64,000 nucleotides of DNA from Paraphysomonas bandaiensis (taxonomy: Eukaryota > Protista > Chrysophyceae), in contig CBFFRP010000218.1 of the NCBI GenBank assembly GCA_965644295.1, positions 124,001-188,000 on the forward strand, given 5' to 3'. The stretch's first letter is position 1. Each line of letters opens with the position of its first letter. A model generated the notes under the pieces. The model was not told where the DNA came from, did not search any database, and saw only the letters and a list, made by a program, of their open reading frames with translations. Below are positions 45,801 through 58,234 of the stretch, piece by piece. The position numbers and the translations under genes are program-made.

Positions 45801-48387
45801 TATGTTCATATGTGAATTATATCTAGATGACCTGATTATATATGCTTCTACAGAAGATGAACTAATTGAAAATTACGTTAAAGTTCTAGAACGCTTCAGG
45901 AAATACAATGTTTACATTAATCCTGAGAAAGTGAAAATAGGAGAGTCCGAAGTACAATATGTAGGACATACTCTAAATGAGGAAGGGTTACACTTTACTA
46001 GAGAACGTCTGGATAGTGTATTAAATTTCCCAAAGCCTGAAACTATGAAGGGTCTAAAATCTTTCCTCGGATTGGCAAATTATTTTCGGGATCACGTGCA
46101 CAACCACTCCTTAGTGGTGAGACCGTTAAATAAAATGCTTCTCAACTATCATAGACGTAAACGTCTACAATGGACAGAGGATGCCAATGAAGCATTTGAA
46201 AAGATCAAATTGATGATCCATGAATGTCCAACATTATTTTTCATTGATGACGAGTCACCAATATATTTATTGACCGATGCATCTGATTATGGAATAGGAG
46301 CATACCTCTACCAAGTAGTAGATGGTGTAGAACGTCCAATCGGATTTCTCAGTAAAACATTCGATGAAAGAATGATGAATTGGGATACACCTCAGAAAGA
46401 AGGATATGCTATATACTATGCCTTAGATAAATGGGACTACCTATTAAGGTATAGATACTTTACGATCAAAACAGATCATAAAAATATTACTCAGTTGAGA
46501 ACTGATTACGCTAAGGATAAGAAAGTTCAGCGATGGTTGAAATGTTTCCAAGCATATGATTATGATCTATGTGATATTAAAGGATCTGATAATGTTGTTG
46601 CTGATGCATTTAGTAGACTATGTGCATTAGAATCTAAAATGGAAACAAAATGTGCTTCCCTAATTCCCGATATTAAAGTTCCAAACAAGGAATGGGAAAT
46701 TATTAAAAGATTTCATAACAATGTTACAGGTCATCATGGTATTGATCGTACAATACAAAAATTACGAGACAATGGTCATAAATGGTCAAAGCAAGGGGCA
46801 CATGTGACAAAATTTATTAAAACTTGTCCTTGTTGTCAAAAGATGAGTAGAATTAAACCAATAATTAATGCTCATCCCTTTACTGTCTCAACATATGGCC
46901 CGATGCAAAGAATAGCAGTGGATTTTATTCAGAGTCTGCATCCAGATGAGGATGGATACACTAATATATTAGTGATTATCGATTCTTTTTCTAGGTGGGT
47001 AGAATTAATCCCTACTAAGAATCTCACTGCCATGGCGGCGGCAAAGGGATTGCTTCAACACCTGGGTAGATATGGAGCACCTATTGAGATTCATTCGGAT
47101 CTTGGACCAGCATTTGTGGATGATTTAACAAAATCATTGATAGAAATGGTTGGAAGTAATCAATCATTTTCGATGGCGTATTCTAAAGAAGAAAATGCTA
47201 TAGTGGAACGTGCTAATAAAGAAATTTTAAGGCACTTAAGAAATATTATATTTGATAAAAATGTACTAAATAATTGGTCAATGTATCTACCTTTAGTACA
47301 AAGAATTATGAATTCTTCTAAACATAGAAGCACCGGCGTTACTCCCGCTAGTATTCTATTTGGGAATGCAGTAGATTTAGATAAGAGTTTATTCATTGAA
47401 CACAATGAGAACTTGGACGGGAACGAACAAAAGCTATCACATTGGATAGATAGAATACAAAAGGTTCAGTCCACTATTATGGATGTTGCAAGACGAAATC
47501 TTCGCAAACATGATGAAATCCACATGGCAACTGCACCAAATATACAAACAAAAGAATTTCCAATAAATTCTTATGTGTTAGTTGAGCATAGACAAAATGC
47601 TTTACGTCCTGGACCGGCAAGTAAGTTATTACCATATCTTAAAGGTCCAATGCGAGTAGTCAATGTTATTGGAGACAAATATACTCTTCAAGATATTGTT
47701 ACTAAACGTAATAAAGACTATCATATAAAGAAATTAAGGGAATTTAATTACGATCCCTCTACTATTGACCCCTTACAAGTGGCATGTAAAGATGGTGGAA
47801 ACTTTTATGCTATTGACCATATTTCAAAAATAAAAGGTCGAGCTAAAGGTCCGAAAAGACAAATAAAATTTCTAGTACATTGGATAGGGTATGAAAAACC
47901 TACATGGGAACCATGGGCTAACGTTAGAAAAACGTATGCTCTACAAAATTTCCTAACTCAACATCCTGATGAAAATGTAAGAAATTTACTACCTCGAAAT
48001 GTGGTTTATTCTTCTGATGAAGAAGATTAATAACAAAGTTTACAGAATTGAGTGTCAATATAACACATTAACACATCAATTATAAGGGGAGGTAGTGTAG
48101 GACTATCCACTTACATATAGAATATATACGTGTACATGTCCTGTATTATATGATTAGTAGTACAGTACTGTATTGTATACGTGTACCATGTAGTTAGGAA
48201 TACAAACTGTAGGGAATGTGATTGTTGTTGGGATTAGCAATAGCCGTTGATATTGTAGACAGTATTATTAGCCGTTGATATTGTAGACAGTATTATTCAT
48301 GATTCATTATACGATAATAATCATTATTTTGTACTTCTGTACTTGGGTATTGCTTTGCACACATACACATATGTATGCAAGCCCACA
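42857..48387 (+). mobile_element. Full-length Ty3/Gypsy chromodomain LTR retrotransposon
   Basis: 292-bp LTRs TG...CA (42857-43148, 48096-48387) appearing identical; 4-bp TSD TGGA; PPT AAGGGGAGGTAG at 48084-48095. Confidence 0.96.
43198..48030 (+). CDS. Gag-Pol polyprotein (Zn knuckle, protease, RT, RNase H, integrase, chromodomain)
   Basis: CWICGNLHKGDC; LLDTGA; LPMGL, YLDD; TDASDYGIGA; H..GHHG..C.CC; GPMRV; FLVHWIGYEKPTWEP. Confidence 0.96.
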   Translation: MGESKRSKIKAAPQIEELLAASGSSSKKTKRERESSRKRARDATTSSQMQSSPQTETSVEAEGELSGVSFRELSSSQPKRKKQRSGDPHPNRSERIDLNEVIATESTPHEVINTDSIPYLGSVQDEDIIEFCENLSKRDPKGTKFIRSEIMAPTVRDMLQFQRQQDFGDESDEDWLDPNIVTTEELIQWLKQAFLEEEERYSDTLEPLPRFIDNIIGPKVKVDIHVPKVFLKEYGRLNELYKLIPEASLTEVASDTIVKTLKKNIKLVGGHSFRKDAKEKFIADIGQGQSAPKDFGAFCRKVRELNNDYSQAVRKVKRMETKLDSKETSKSNKTKNTKTSSSSSSSSTKATTDTKEACWICGNLHKGDCTRKTCAWANHEKKPWKDSTQGKKYAVMGWSTCPYVENPDGPPRSKTSKLSCPKCLYINAIDMNNDMLDVFVYPKADVNVQQVKENLRAKALLDTGATGNNFINQELADMLVARYRIPLHECNIKICSALDNACCSSKQYMIITIRLTDEYNNTLDIELQCLIIDSTFDIIIGRETIKKYRLVDHFPSHFMERELAGKMLATAAGHAEKTQLLSEHISERATCYNNMETLRRQAKEHLSYNNNLLTSNSLVSTMYSPPISSMRISAYEKEDIGEIRDNYLESIPEEIVTNTQEKVEGTTLPTKISGPESLQRRVREIHEIYKDRFRTTVSDMPMDVPPFELEVDRDAWEQPKHCGPPRKMDRVRQYACKKQIDTFVEHGIIQPSTAPYYSQVLLVPKPNDKWRFCVDYKGLNKHTQRERWPIPNIKEMLERIGSKKPKYFIILDLVSGYYQAKISEYSRKWTAFITFWGVFEWLRLPMGLSGAPSYFQRVLTTIVLAGLIMFICELYLDDLIIYASTEDELIENYVKVLERFRKYNVYINPEKVKIGESEVQYVGHTLNEEGLHFTRERLDSVLNFPKPETMKGLKSFLGLANYFRDHVHNHSLVVRPLNKMLLNYHRRKRLQWTEDANEAFEKIKLMIHECPTLFFIDDESPIYLLTDASDYGIGAYLYQVVDGVERPIGFLSKTFDERMMNWDTPQKEGYAIYYALDKWDYLLRYRYFTIKTDHKNITQLRTDYAKDKKVQRWLKCFQAYDYDLCDIKGSDNVVADAFSRLCALESKMETKCASLIPDIKVPNKEWEIIKRFHNNVTGHHGIDRTIQKLRDNGHKWSKQGAHVTKFIKTCPCCQKMSRIKPIINAHPFTVSTYGPMQRIAVDFIQSLHPDEDGYTNILVIIDSFSRWVELIPTKNLTAMAAAKGLLQHLGRYGAPIEIHSDLGPAFVDDLTKSLIEMVGSNQSFSMAYSKEENAIVERANKEILRHLRNIIFDKNVLNNWSMYLPLVQRIMNSSKHRSTGVTPASILFGNAVDLDKSLFIEHNENLDGNEQKLSHWIDRIQKVQSTIMDVARRNLRKHDEIHMATAPNIQTKEFPINSYVLVEHRQNALRPGPASKLLPYLKGPMRVVNVIGDKYTLQDIVTKRNKDYHIKKLREFNYDPSTIDPLQVACKDGGNFYAIDHISKIKGRAKGPKRQIKFLVHWIGYEKPTWEPWANVRKTYALQNFLTQHPDENVRNLLPRNVVYSSDEED

Positions 48388-51300
48388 TGGATTGCCCACT
48401 GGTCAGCCTTCTGGACAGCCCACATGTGTACCTACTGGTCAGCCATCTGGACAACCAACTGGACAACCCACTTGTGTTCCTACTGGTCAGCCATCTGGAC
48501 AACCAACAGGACAACCTACTGGGCAACCCACTTGTGTTCCTACTGGCCAGCCTTCTGGACAGCCAACATGTGTGCCTACTGGTCAGCCATCTGGACAACC
48601 TACGGGACAACCTACTGGACAGCCTACTTGTGTTCCTACTGGACAACCTAGTGGACAACCCACATGTGTTCCTACTGGTCAGCCATCTGGACAACCTACG
48701 GGACAACCTAGTGGACAACCCACATGTGTTCCTACTGGCCAGCCTTCTGGACAGCCCACTGGACAGCCTACTGGTCAGCCGACGGGACAACCTACGGGAC
48801 AACCTACGGGACAACCCACTTGTGTTCCTACTGGTCAACCCTCTGGCCAACCCACTGGAGAGCCCACTGGACAGCCTACTGGTCAGCCGACGGGACAGCC
48901 TACTGGGCAGCCCACAGGACAGCCTACAGGGCAACCCACTGGCCAGCCTACTGGGCAGCCTACAGGCCAACCCACTGGCCAGCCTTCAGGGCAGCCAACG
49001 TGTGTTCCCACAGGACAGCCTACTGGACAGCCTACTGGAGAGCCGACGGGTCAACCCACATGTGTTCCTACTGGTCAACCTACTGGACAACCTACTTGTG
49101 TTCCTACCGGTCAGCCTACAGGACAACCTACGGGGCAGCCAACGGGACAGCCCACTGGGCAGCCTACCGGTGAACCATCTTCTCACCCCACTTATCAGTA
49201 TCCACTCTCTCTGGAACTATTTCAGGGTGGGAATGACTCTGTTCCTATAGTGTGGACACCTGACAGCCTTGCCTGGGCGAATTCGCCCTACCCCCTCTAC
49301 TTAACGGTTGATGTTTATCCAACTAACTTTGAGTCTAAAGCTATGTCCTGGGTAACCGTCAAAGTCGACGGTAATACTCTAATGGGGTTCTGTACTCCTG
49401 ATGAAGAATGTGGAACATCTTACTTTAATTGTTTTTACGATATGGATATATCCAGCTATATCTCAGAGCCTTTGGGAGGCACCTTAACAATTGAGGTATC
49501 AAGTACTGGAGTTACGAGTAGTCCATGTGACTACATGGGGTACCCCCTATATGCACATCTACAGCTAAGAGGGGCCACACCAACAAGCCAGCCAACTGGT
49601 GAACCTTCAAGTTATCCATCAGCGCAGCCCACTGGACAGCCTACAGGTCAACCTACAGGTCAACCAACTGGTCAACCAACCGGACAGCCCACTGGACAAC
49701 CAACTGGGCAACCTACTGGACAGCCAACTGGTCAGCCTACCGGTCAACCTACAGGTCAACCAACTGGTCAACCAACTGGACAGCCCACTGGACAACCAAC
49801 AGGACAACCGACCGGACAGCCCACTGGACAACCTACAGGACAACCGACCGGACAGCCTACTGGTCAGCCTACTGGTCAGCCCACTGGTCAACCCACTGGA
49901 CAGCCTACTGGACAACCAACATCTCACCCTACTTATGAGTATCCACTTGGCTTTCAATTCTCTGGAGGAGGCAACGACTCCTTTCCTGTTGTATGGGAGG
50001 TAGACAGTCTGTCCTATGTTGATAGTGTGCATCCTTTGTACCTTACTGTTGACATCTACCCTACTAACTATGAGGTGAAAGCGAATCAGTATGCCACTAT
50101 TACTGTCAACGGAGTTGTTATTGATTCCCACTGCACACCTGATGAGTCGTGTGGGGACACGTGGTATATGTGCGTAGGCGAATTTGACATATCGCACCTT
50201 GTGGAAGAGCCACTTGGAGGTTCTATCACAATTGAAGTATCAAGTACTGGTGTTAACTCTGGACCATGCGATTACAGTGGGTATCCCTTGTACACCCAAA
50301 TGTTTCTCCACGAAGCGATGCCAACTGGGCAACCAACTACTATTCCTAGCGGGGAGCCATCTGGTCAGCCATCAAGTATACCTTCTGGTCAGCCGACATC
50401 TATTCCCAGTGGACAGCCTACCGGTCAGCCCACAAGTCAACCAACTGGTCAACCAACTGGACAGCCCACTGGACAGCCTACAGGACAACCCACTGGACAG
50501 CCTACTGGTCAGCCTACTAGTCAGCCCACTGGTCAACCCACTGGACAGCCTACAGGTCAACCCACTGGACAGCCGACGGGACAACCAACAGGACAGCCTA
50601 CCGGTCAGCCCACAGGTCAACCAACTGGACAGCCTACAGGACAGCCCACTGGACAGCCTACTGGTCAGCCAACTGGTCAGCCCACTGGGCAACCCACAGG
50701 TCAGCCTACTGGACAACCAACATCTCACCCTACTTATGAGTTTCCACTTGGCTTTCAATTCTCTGGAGGAGGCAACGACTCCTTTCCTGTTGTATGGGAG
50801 GTAGACAGTCTGTCCTATGTTGATAGTGTGCATCCTTTGTACCTTACTGTTGACATCTACCCTACTAACTATGAGGTGAAAGCGAATCAGTATGCCACTA
50901 TTACTGTCAACGGAGTTGTTATTGATTCCCACTGCACACCTGATGAGTCGTGTGGGGACACGTGGTATATGTGCGTAGGCGAATTTGACATATCGCACCT
51001 TGTGGAAGAGCCACTTGGAGGTTCTATCACAATTGAAGTATCAAGTACTGGTGTTAACTCTGGACCATGCGATTACAGTGGGTATCCCTTGTACACCCAA
51101 ATGTTTCTCCACGAAGCGATGCCAACTGGGCAACCAACTACTATTCCCAGCGGGGAGCCATCTGGTCAGCCATCAAGTATACCTTCTGGTCAGCCGACAT
51201 CTATTCCCAGTGGACAGCCTACCGGTCAGCCCACAAGTCAACCAACTGGTCAACCAACTGGACAGCCCACTGGACAGCCTACAGGACAACCCACTGGACA

Positions 51301-53174
51301 GCCTACTGGTCAGCCTACTGGTCAGCCCACTGGTCAACCCACTGGACAGCCTACTGGACAACCAACATCTCACCCTACTTATGAGTATCCACTTGGCTTT
51401 CAATTCTCTGGAGGAGGCAACGACTCCTTTCCTGTTGTATGGGAGGTAGACAGTCTGTCCTATGTTGATAGTGTGCATCCTTTGTACCTTACTGTTGACA
51501 TCTACCCTACTAACTATGAGGTGAAAGCGAATCAGTATGCCACTATTACTGTCAACGGAGTTGTTATTGATTCCCACTGCACACCTGATGAGTCGTGTGG
51601 GGACACGTGGTATATGTGCGTAGGCGAATTTGACATATCGCACCTTGTGGAAGAGCCACTTGGAGGTTCTATCACAATTGAAGTATCAAGTACTGGTGTT
51701 AACTCTGGACCATGCGATTACAGTGGGTATCCCTTGTACACCCAAATGTTTCTCCACGAAGCGATGCCAACTGGGCAACCAACTACTATTCCCAGCGGGG
51801 AGCCATCTGGTCAGCCATCAAGTATACCTTCTGGTCAGCCGACATCTATTCCCAGTGGACAGCCTACCGGTCAGCCCACAAGTCAACCAACTGGTCAACC
51901 AACTGGACAGCCCACTGGACAGCCTACAGGACAACCCACTGGACAGCCTACTGGTCAGCCTACTGGTCAGCCCACTGGTCAACCCACTGGACAGCCTACA
52001 GGTCAACCCACTGGACAGCCGACGGGACAACCAACAGGACAGCCTACTGGCCAACCCTCAGGTCAACCAACTGGTCTGCCTACTGGACAGCCTACAGGAC
52101 AGCCTACTGGTCAGCCAACTGGTCAGCCCACTGGTCAGCCCACAGGTCAGCCTACTGGCCAGCCAACGTCCGGTCCAACACTTTTATCACCCTTTTGGAT
52201 ACGCGAGGTCGGTTGGGGAAATAACACATCACCTATATATTGGGATGTCAGCAACCTTGGATATGTGAATAACAGTAATTCATTATATCTTACTGTTGAT
52301 GTTATACCCACAAACTATGAAAACCGAGCTAATCAGTGGGTATCGATTTCTGTGAATGGTGAAACTATTGTTGAGCATTGTACTCCTGATAAATCTTGTA
52401 GTAGACGTTGGTTTACTTGTGCAAGCAATATTGATGTTTTGGATATACTATCTCCTATATATGGTGGATCCTTGACAATCGAAGTAACATCATTCGGAGT
52501 TCACAGTGGTCCATGTGACTATGAAGGACACCCATTGTATGCACAGATGACTTTGAGAGAGGAGCTGCCGTTAGGTGATGACAAAGAGTCAAATTTGGTG
52601 TGGATAGTTGTTGGTTCTTGTGGTGGGTTTTGTCTTTTGTCCTTGTTCGCCGGTTTCTTATATAAAAAGGAAAGCAAAAAAACGAATGAAAAGAAGTATA
52701 ACCCACCATCAAGTGATGGTGACGATATCCCGGCGGAAGAAGTTATAAAGCCTAAGGCGGATATTTCCTCCTCTATTTTACCGGCAAATCAAGCCAAAGT
52801 CATTCCAGTCGACACTTACGAACCCAGCCAACAATACCCACAGATTCAATCATTTGAAGATGCTTCGCTCGATATTGAGAGTGCGCCTATATCCCCTCCC
52901 GGAAAGCTTCCTGAAGAACAAAGTGTCGAATCTAACGGAGATGTGGAGGCTAATATTTCGGAAACAAATGGTAATACAGGAGCGCGAACTCCACCTGAGG
53001 TAGGATCAATTAGCAGTGAAAAGCAGAGCTCACTGTCTGAGCACGTTTCTCACCCACAGCAGGTAGGATATGTTTCTGTTAAAGTATTGCTTAATGTAAA
53101 TTGCTATATTTCAGGGCATTAACTCATTTAACAATGATGACTGTGATGTTGACGATATTGAGGAGTCAACGTAG
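48388..53174 (+). CDS. Mucin-like PTGQ-repeat type I membrane protein with five Cys-containing repeated domains (body of the interrupted gene; intron about 53062-53113)
   Basis: PTGQ tracts alternating with about 130-aa domains (LYLTVD.YPTN.E...CTPD..C...PCDY.G.PLY); [25 protein letters not shown] followed by KK. Confidence 0.85.
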
Positions 53175-54130
53175 CGTTACGCTAGTACAGTATAGCTCGT
53201 AAATTGTTTGAGCAGAATAAAGTTTTTCAAGATACTCATTTTTTCCGCTGGTTTTATATTAGAAATGATATTTGGCTGTTACTCTAACAAGTGCTGTACC
53301 TTATTTATTGATAATTATGCCGTGGTTGTTTGATACGATTTGCGTTGAAGTTTTCTACTTTTAAGAATTGTCTTGATATTAATATATACTGAGATGACGT
53401 GGTGTCACTTTTCCTACCTTCTTTAAAGTGTAATCATCGTGTCATACGTTTACATTATTGTGTACAAATAACAAATACAAATAATGTACTTTGTACTATG
53501 GACATACTTTAACCAGATGACAGAAATGAATGAACATGATAATGCTTCTTCCATTGGGTTTTTATCAGAAGTGTTAAGTTAACAACTGAAAACAAATTAC
53601 TCAACGCTGTTAATTATGATCAATATCTCTTTTCATTCACCAATTTCATATTATCTCTACAACCACTCATTTCTCATACGATCTTACTTCATCACTAACT
53701 TGCATCGTCATGATATTTATTCTCATCTTACGGGTAAACACAACTGTATACTACTCGTAACGGTTATAATTTATAAAATAAATGCCTTAAAACTGTAGCT
53801 TTCTATTGTTCTCAAACAGCAGAACTCGACATGGGTTTCATGGAGTACACCTTCAGATTGTCGGAACCAGTGAGAAACACAACAATATATATTGTGGATT
53901 ACACAGTGCACAGTTGAATTGATATGGAATGGTTTGACGAATTTAATGAGAGTCTAAGGTTGAGGTGATAGTAAGTGGTAAGTGGTGAATTTATACGAAT
54001 AATAGCTAACAGCTAGAACTGTTGAAGAAAGTATAAGGCCTAATACCTTAGAATTGCAAGTAAACTGTACTATGCAGTGTAGTTTTATTGGAAATAAACC
54101 GAAAATCAGCATTCAATTTTATATTTCATT

Positions 54131-55284
54131 CTAATCGCAGCCTATGCTAATAACTTTCAGCCTTCTGTTCATAGACTTCAATATCCCTGCACATACGCGA
54201 CCAGGGCCTATTTCATACGCTCGCTGAAATTCAGAACTCTTAATTATCTTTAACATTGACGACTCCCACTGCACAGGCCTTACAACTTGCTCTAATAATG
54301 CCTGCTTCGTGCTGTCGACATCATTGTGCATTTCTGCATTCACGTTGGCTACCACGGGAATTCTAGTGGGGTGAAAAGTTACAGAATCTAATGCATGACA
54401 AAGTTGTGCCTGTGCACTGGCCATATAGGAAGTGTGAAATGCACCAGCAACAGGAAGGGGAATCACTCTTCTGGCTCCATGAGTGTGCATTGCCCGGTCT
54501 GCAGCGAGATTAAGGGCGCCAGCGCTACCAGAAACAACGTAGTTCTTGCTGCAAAGATAATTTCCTATCGAAATATGCTGTCCTAACTCTACTTCGATGG
54601 ATTTACACATATTTTCTACAACTTCAGCCTCGAGACCCAGTATTGCCATCATTCCACTGGGCTCCCGATCTGAAGCTACTTGCATTGTTTTCCCACGGAC
54701 ATGCGTGATGCGAACCCCATCAGCAAAAGAAAAGGCTCCAGCAAAACATAATGCCGAGTATTCACCTAAAGATAGTCCAGCAGCAATCTATATAGTATAT
54801 ATAAGTAAGATATATAGTATCAATATAATAAAATCAGAACATACAGTGCATGAATCATAAGTTTCTCTATCCTGATGTTTTAGTTTTTCAAGTGTAGCCA
54901 TACTTGAAACAAAGATAGCAACTTGTGCAATTTCCTATACAATCAGTTACATATATATATAAATGAATTGTTTTATACTAACAGTCTTATCTAGATAACT
55001 CTGTGGACCATCCGTACATGCTGATAGTAAATTATAATGAAGTATAGAGCTGGCCTCTTCAAACATATCATACGCTGGTTGATATTCTTTACATAAATTA
55101 TATGCCATTCCTTTAATTTGTGAACCTTGACCAGGAAATAAGAAAGCAACCTAAAATATATACAGTGATATATATATATATATATATGTATGTGTGTATG
55201 TGTATATACCTCACATGACAAGCATCTTTGTATACTACCAACTATAGTATGGTGTATTCTACGTGGAGTATATATAGAATACAT
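54131..55284 (-). CDS. fabD: Malonyl-CoA:ACP transacylase (multi-exon)
   Basis: LFPGQGSQ, AGLSLGEYSAL, MMAILGL, LPVAGAFHT, QVVRPVQWE, EIGPGRV. Confidence 0.9.
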
Positions 55285-55376
55285 TAATCTTTAATGCTAA
55301 TGAGGTTCTTATAGTGATGATATGAATATATGGACCTTCAATTGAACGATGAAGTGAGTAATACAGCTATAGCTAA

Positions 55377-55515
55377 GTATCGGCATCCTTTGTATATTTT
55401 TGCCTCTAATATTGAGTCAATAATTATGTGTATTCCAGCCGTAGTTGTATATCAGTAATATAGAGGAATTTTGCTTCAATATATTTCCGAAAAATAAGAT
55501 GCTGACTGCTGATAC
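55377..55515. mobile_element. MITE copy (same family as 41924-42225)
   Basis: GTATCGGCATCCTTTG...GATGCTGACTGCTGATAC. Confidence 0.85.
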
Positions 55516-56699
55516 ACCTATGTGTTTATATGCGGCAGTGTTATCTACTGCTGTGTGTATGTATGTATCACTGTATGAAGATACTAGAAACTACATTTTG
55601 TCAGGATTTTAATGTGATATCCTGATTTCTAGATTCCAAAACCCTTAAAATCCGGTGTTTTGATATGGTAACCTACAACGTCGTAAGGTATACAAGTTCT
55701 TGGACCAGATAATCATTAACATGCATATAGAACATACAGTTAATATTAAAATTATCACAGATGCTGATTGTAAAACTATATTTTCGGTAAACTATGCAGT
55801 ATATATACCTTCTGTATCAGTATCATACATCAGAAGTTGTCTCGGTGTAGGATCCACATACCGCAGAGTGACTGCTGTGTATGTGTTCTGGATTGAGAGC
55901 AGTGCTCTTAGGGTGTAATGCGCAGGTAACCAGGCCAACGGTGGTGCCCCATCCAAAGCTAGACTTCCAGCGACTCGCCAGGTATTTCGGACAAACAAGA
56001 TTATACGTAACCTCAAGGTTAACACTTCTATGTGTAAATTACATCCCCTCATATAGTAAAGTGAAGGGTGGATGTGGCCGCTGCATAAAAGAAGGCCCTG
56101 GAACTGGTTCAGATGCATTTTCTCAACGAGGTAAAACAAGTCATTGTAATCAGAAGATTTCACAATCACTGGAACCTCGCATGATTTTACTACTGTTTTA
56201 TCGGAATATTTAGCATCAGCGAATACCATGTCGACTACTGAGTTACCACCATGGTGAGCAGCATCACTATTGAACGTATACTAAAGTTGATGACTCATAA
56301 AGGCGTATTGAATGTTTATTTGTTGTTGTCTTTGTACTGTTATGGGCACCTGATTTCTTTCATTCTGCTGTTGCATGTGCATTTTATATTTTATATACGT
56401 TAGATGTGCAATCACGGGCCACCTAAATACTTTGGCAGTGTATGTGAATGCAGATTTAAGCTTAGTAATAGTAATAAGAATTTTGTGACTATGAATACTG
56501 AAATGTAAGAAAGTGAATAATGATGTAGAACATACAACGGAAAAATTAGATATTTTATTATTTTATGTGTATACAATATACTGCAGTAGAGTGTAAGCAT
56601 AAAGAGCAATATACATGTATGTGTTACTAAGTGTCACTGACAATGACAATCGTTGTAATGACAATCATGAATTCTGAACAGATACTATAATTAAATTAA

Positions 56700-56807
56700 A
56701 TATTGAAATAGTATTGTAGGGCCGGTTTAAAAAATCCATCAATACTATTGATTATTGATGGAACGCTACCTAACAATAGTATTGCAATATATTGTTCCCT
56801 ATCCCTG
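56700..56807. mobile_element. Solo end of the hAT family seen at 16538
   Basis: Reverse complement of about 16538-16640, ending TTCCCTATCCCTG. Confidence 0.85.
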
Positions 56808-57046
56808 GCTTGTGATGTATTTGTCCTTGAACAATATGATTCATATATGTATCTTAGATTAAGATGATCCTTGTAATGTGTGTACTGAATGTATATGCAG
56901 TGTACTTTACTACAAACCCTTGTAGTAGTAGGTGCATTTATTTTTCCCAACAGCATAGATAGGCGGCCTGAAAACACATAGCATTTATAATAACCATTAT
57001 CACATTGGTTATTCAAAACTAGAAAAAGATTCAGCAATGAAGAAAT

Positions 57047-57328
57047 AGCATGGCGAAGAGCAAATTGTCTCTTCGTACCTGATCCTTGATGCTTCTAATA
57101 AGAAAGGTACTAACATCAACCTAAAGCCACTTAATACTCGTGGAGAGTTACTCAGAACTCCCTTGATGCGGATATTGTGTTTTCCATGGGAGAAAACATC
57201 AAGGGGCTTCTGAGAAACTCTCCCATTCCTTCAACGAATATTCAGTGGCTTTAGATTGATATTGTTACCTTTTTTATTGGGAGCATCTAGGATCAGGTAC
57301 GAAGACACAATATGCTCTTCGCCATGCT
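57047..57328. repeat. Long imperfect inverted repeat (fold-back), arms about 120 bp
   Basis: AGCATGGCGAAGAGCA...CTTCGTACCTGATCCT mirrored by AGGATCAGGTACGAAG...TGCTCTTCGCCATGCT; inner CCCTTGATG / CATCAAGGG. Confidence 0.88.
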
Positions 57329-58234
57329 CCGGGACAAATTCTGCACTTAAATGTGCTGCAGACCTGGCAGCAGCATCCCCCATGGTGTCGGCGCTATGAA
57401 TCAAAGATTCTATGATCTCCCCATGGTGTCGGACAGAACACCGAAAAACATCGCAAGGACTATTGAAATGCACAGACTCATTTTTTCTAGTGACACCCCG
57501 CATACCTAACATTGCCATCTGTTATCACGGGATCGATAGCTATTTCACCCGGTGCGTTGAGCTCTTTGACGATAATCCTTTGGCAGAGTGTAAGACTGAA
57601 TGATAAAGGAAGAAGATCTTCAGAGTTGGGATGATGTATATTATAAATTAGAGAGTACTATATGACCATAAGGAAAGATATGACACAGAGATCATTTTGA
57701 GTCCATTTTGTCATTAGTTTCCTCAGACAAAAAGACATTTAAATGCTATGAAAATCAATGTTCTCGCGATATATCACGATCTCACTTCCTCATGTGGACA
57801 ACACTTGCACTGAACTGATGTGTTGTTGGGACATACAGCAGTATTTTCTTCCATATATTCGTCAAAAAACAACATGTATCAAAAAAACCTGGATTTTTTT
57901 TGCTGGATCCACTTATTCGTATTGTAATACTGTATATACCACCGTATAAAGGTACACAACACATACTGTAGCTATGTAAGAGGTACAGTACAGTGCTAGG
58001 AATTCCTACCAGCAGAAAGAATATACTGCTGTACGACACTCTGCTGCTACTGCTGTATAGTATGAAAGAATCTGCCTGATACGAACTTTACCATATACAG
58101 AGCAGAGTGGATCTATCCATCTATCTGCTTATGTATGCACACAACTCTCATTCAATTCAATTATTTACCTCATCCTATTCATAACCATAGATTCTTCATT
58201 ACCCCCCCCCCTCTCACAGACGACTGTAAAGAGC

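Noticed and set aside
48293-52268. Alternative-frame and antisense ORFs over the PTGQ gene
   Set aside because: Shadows of the 12-bp coding repeat
55600-56300. Short overlapping ORFs upstream of fabD
   Set aside because: No recognisable motifs; likely degraded repeat sequence
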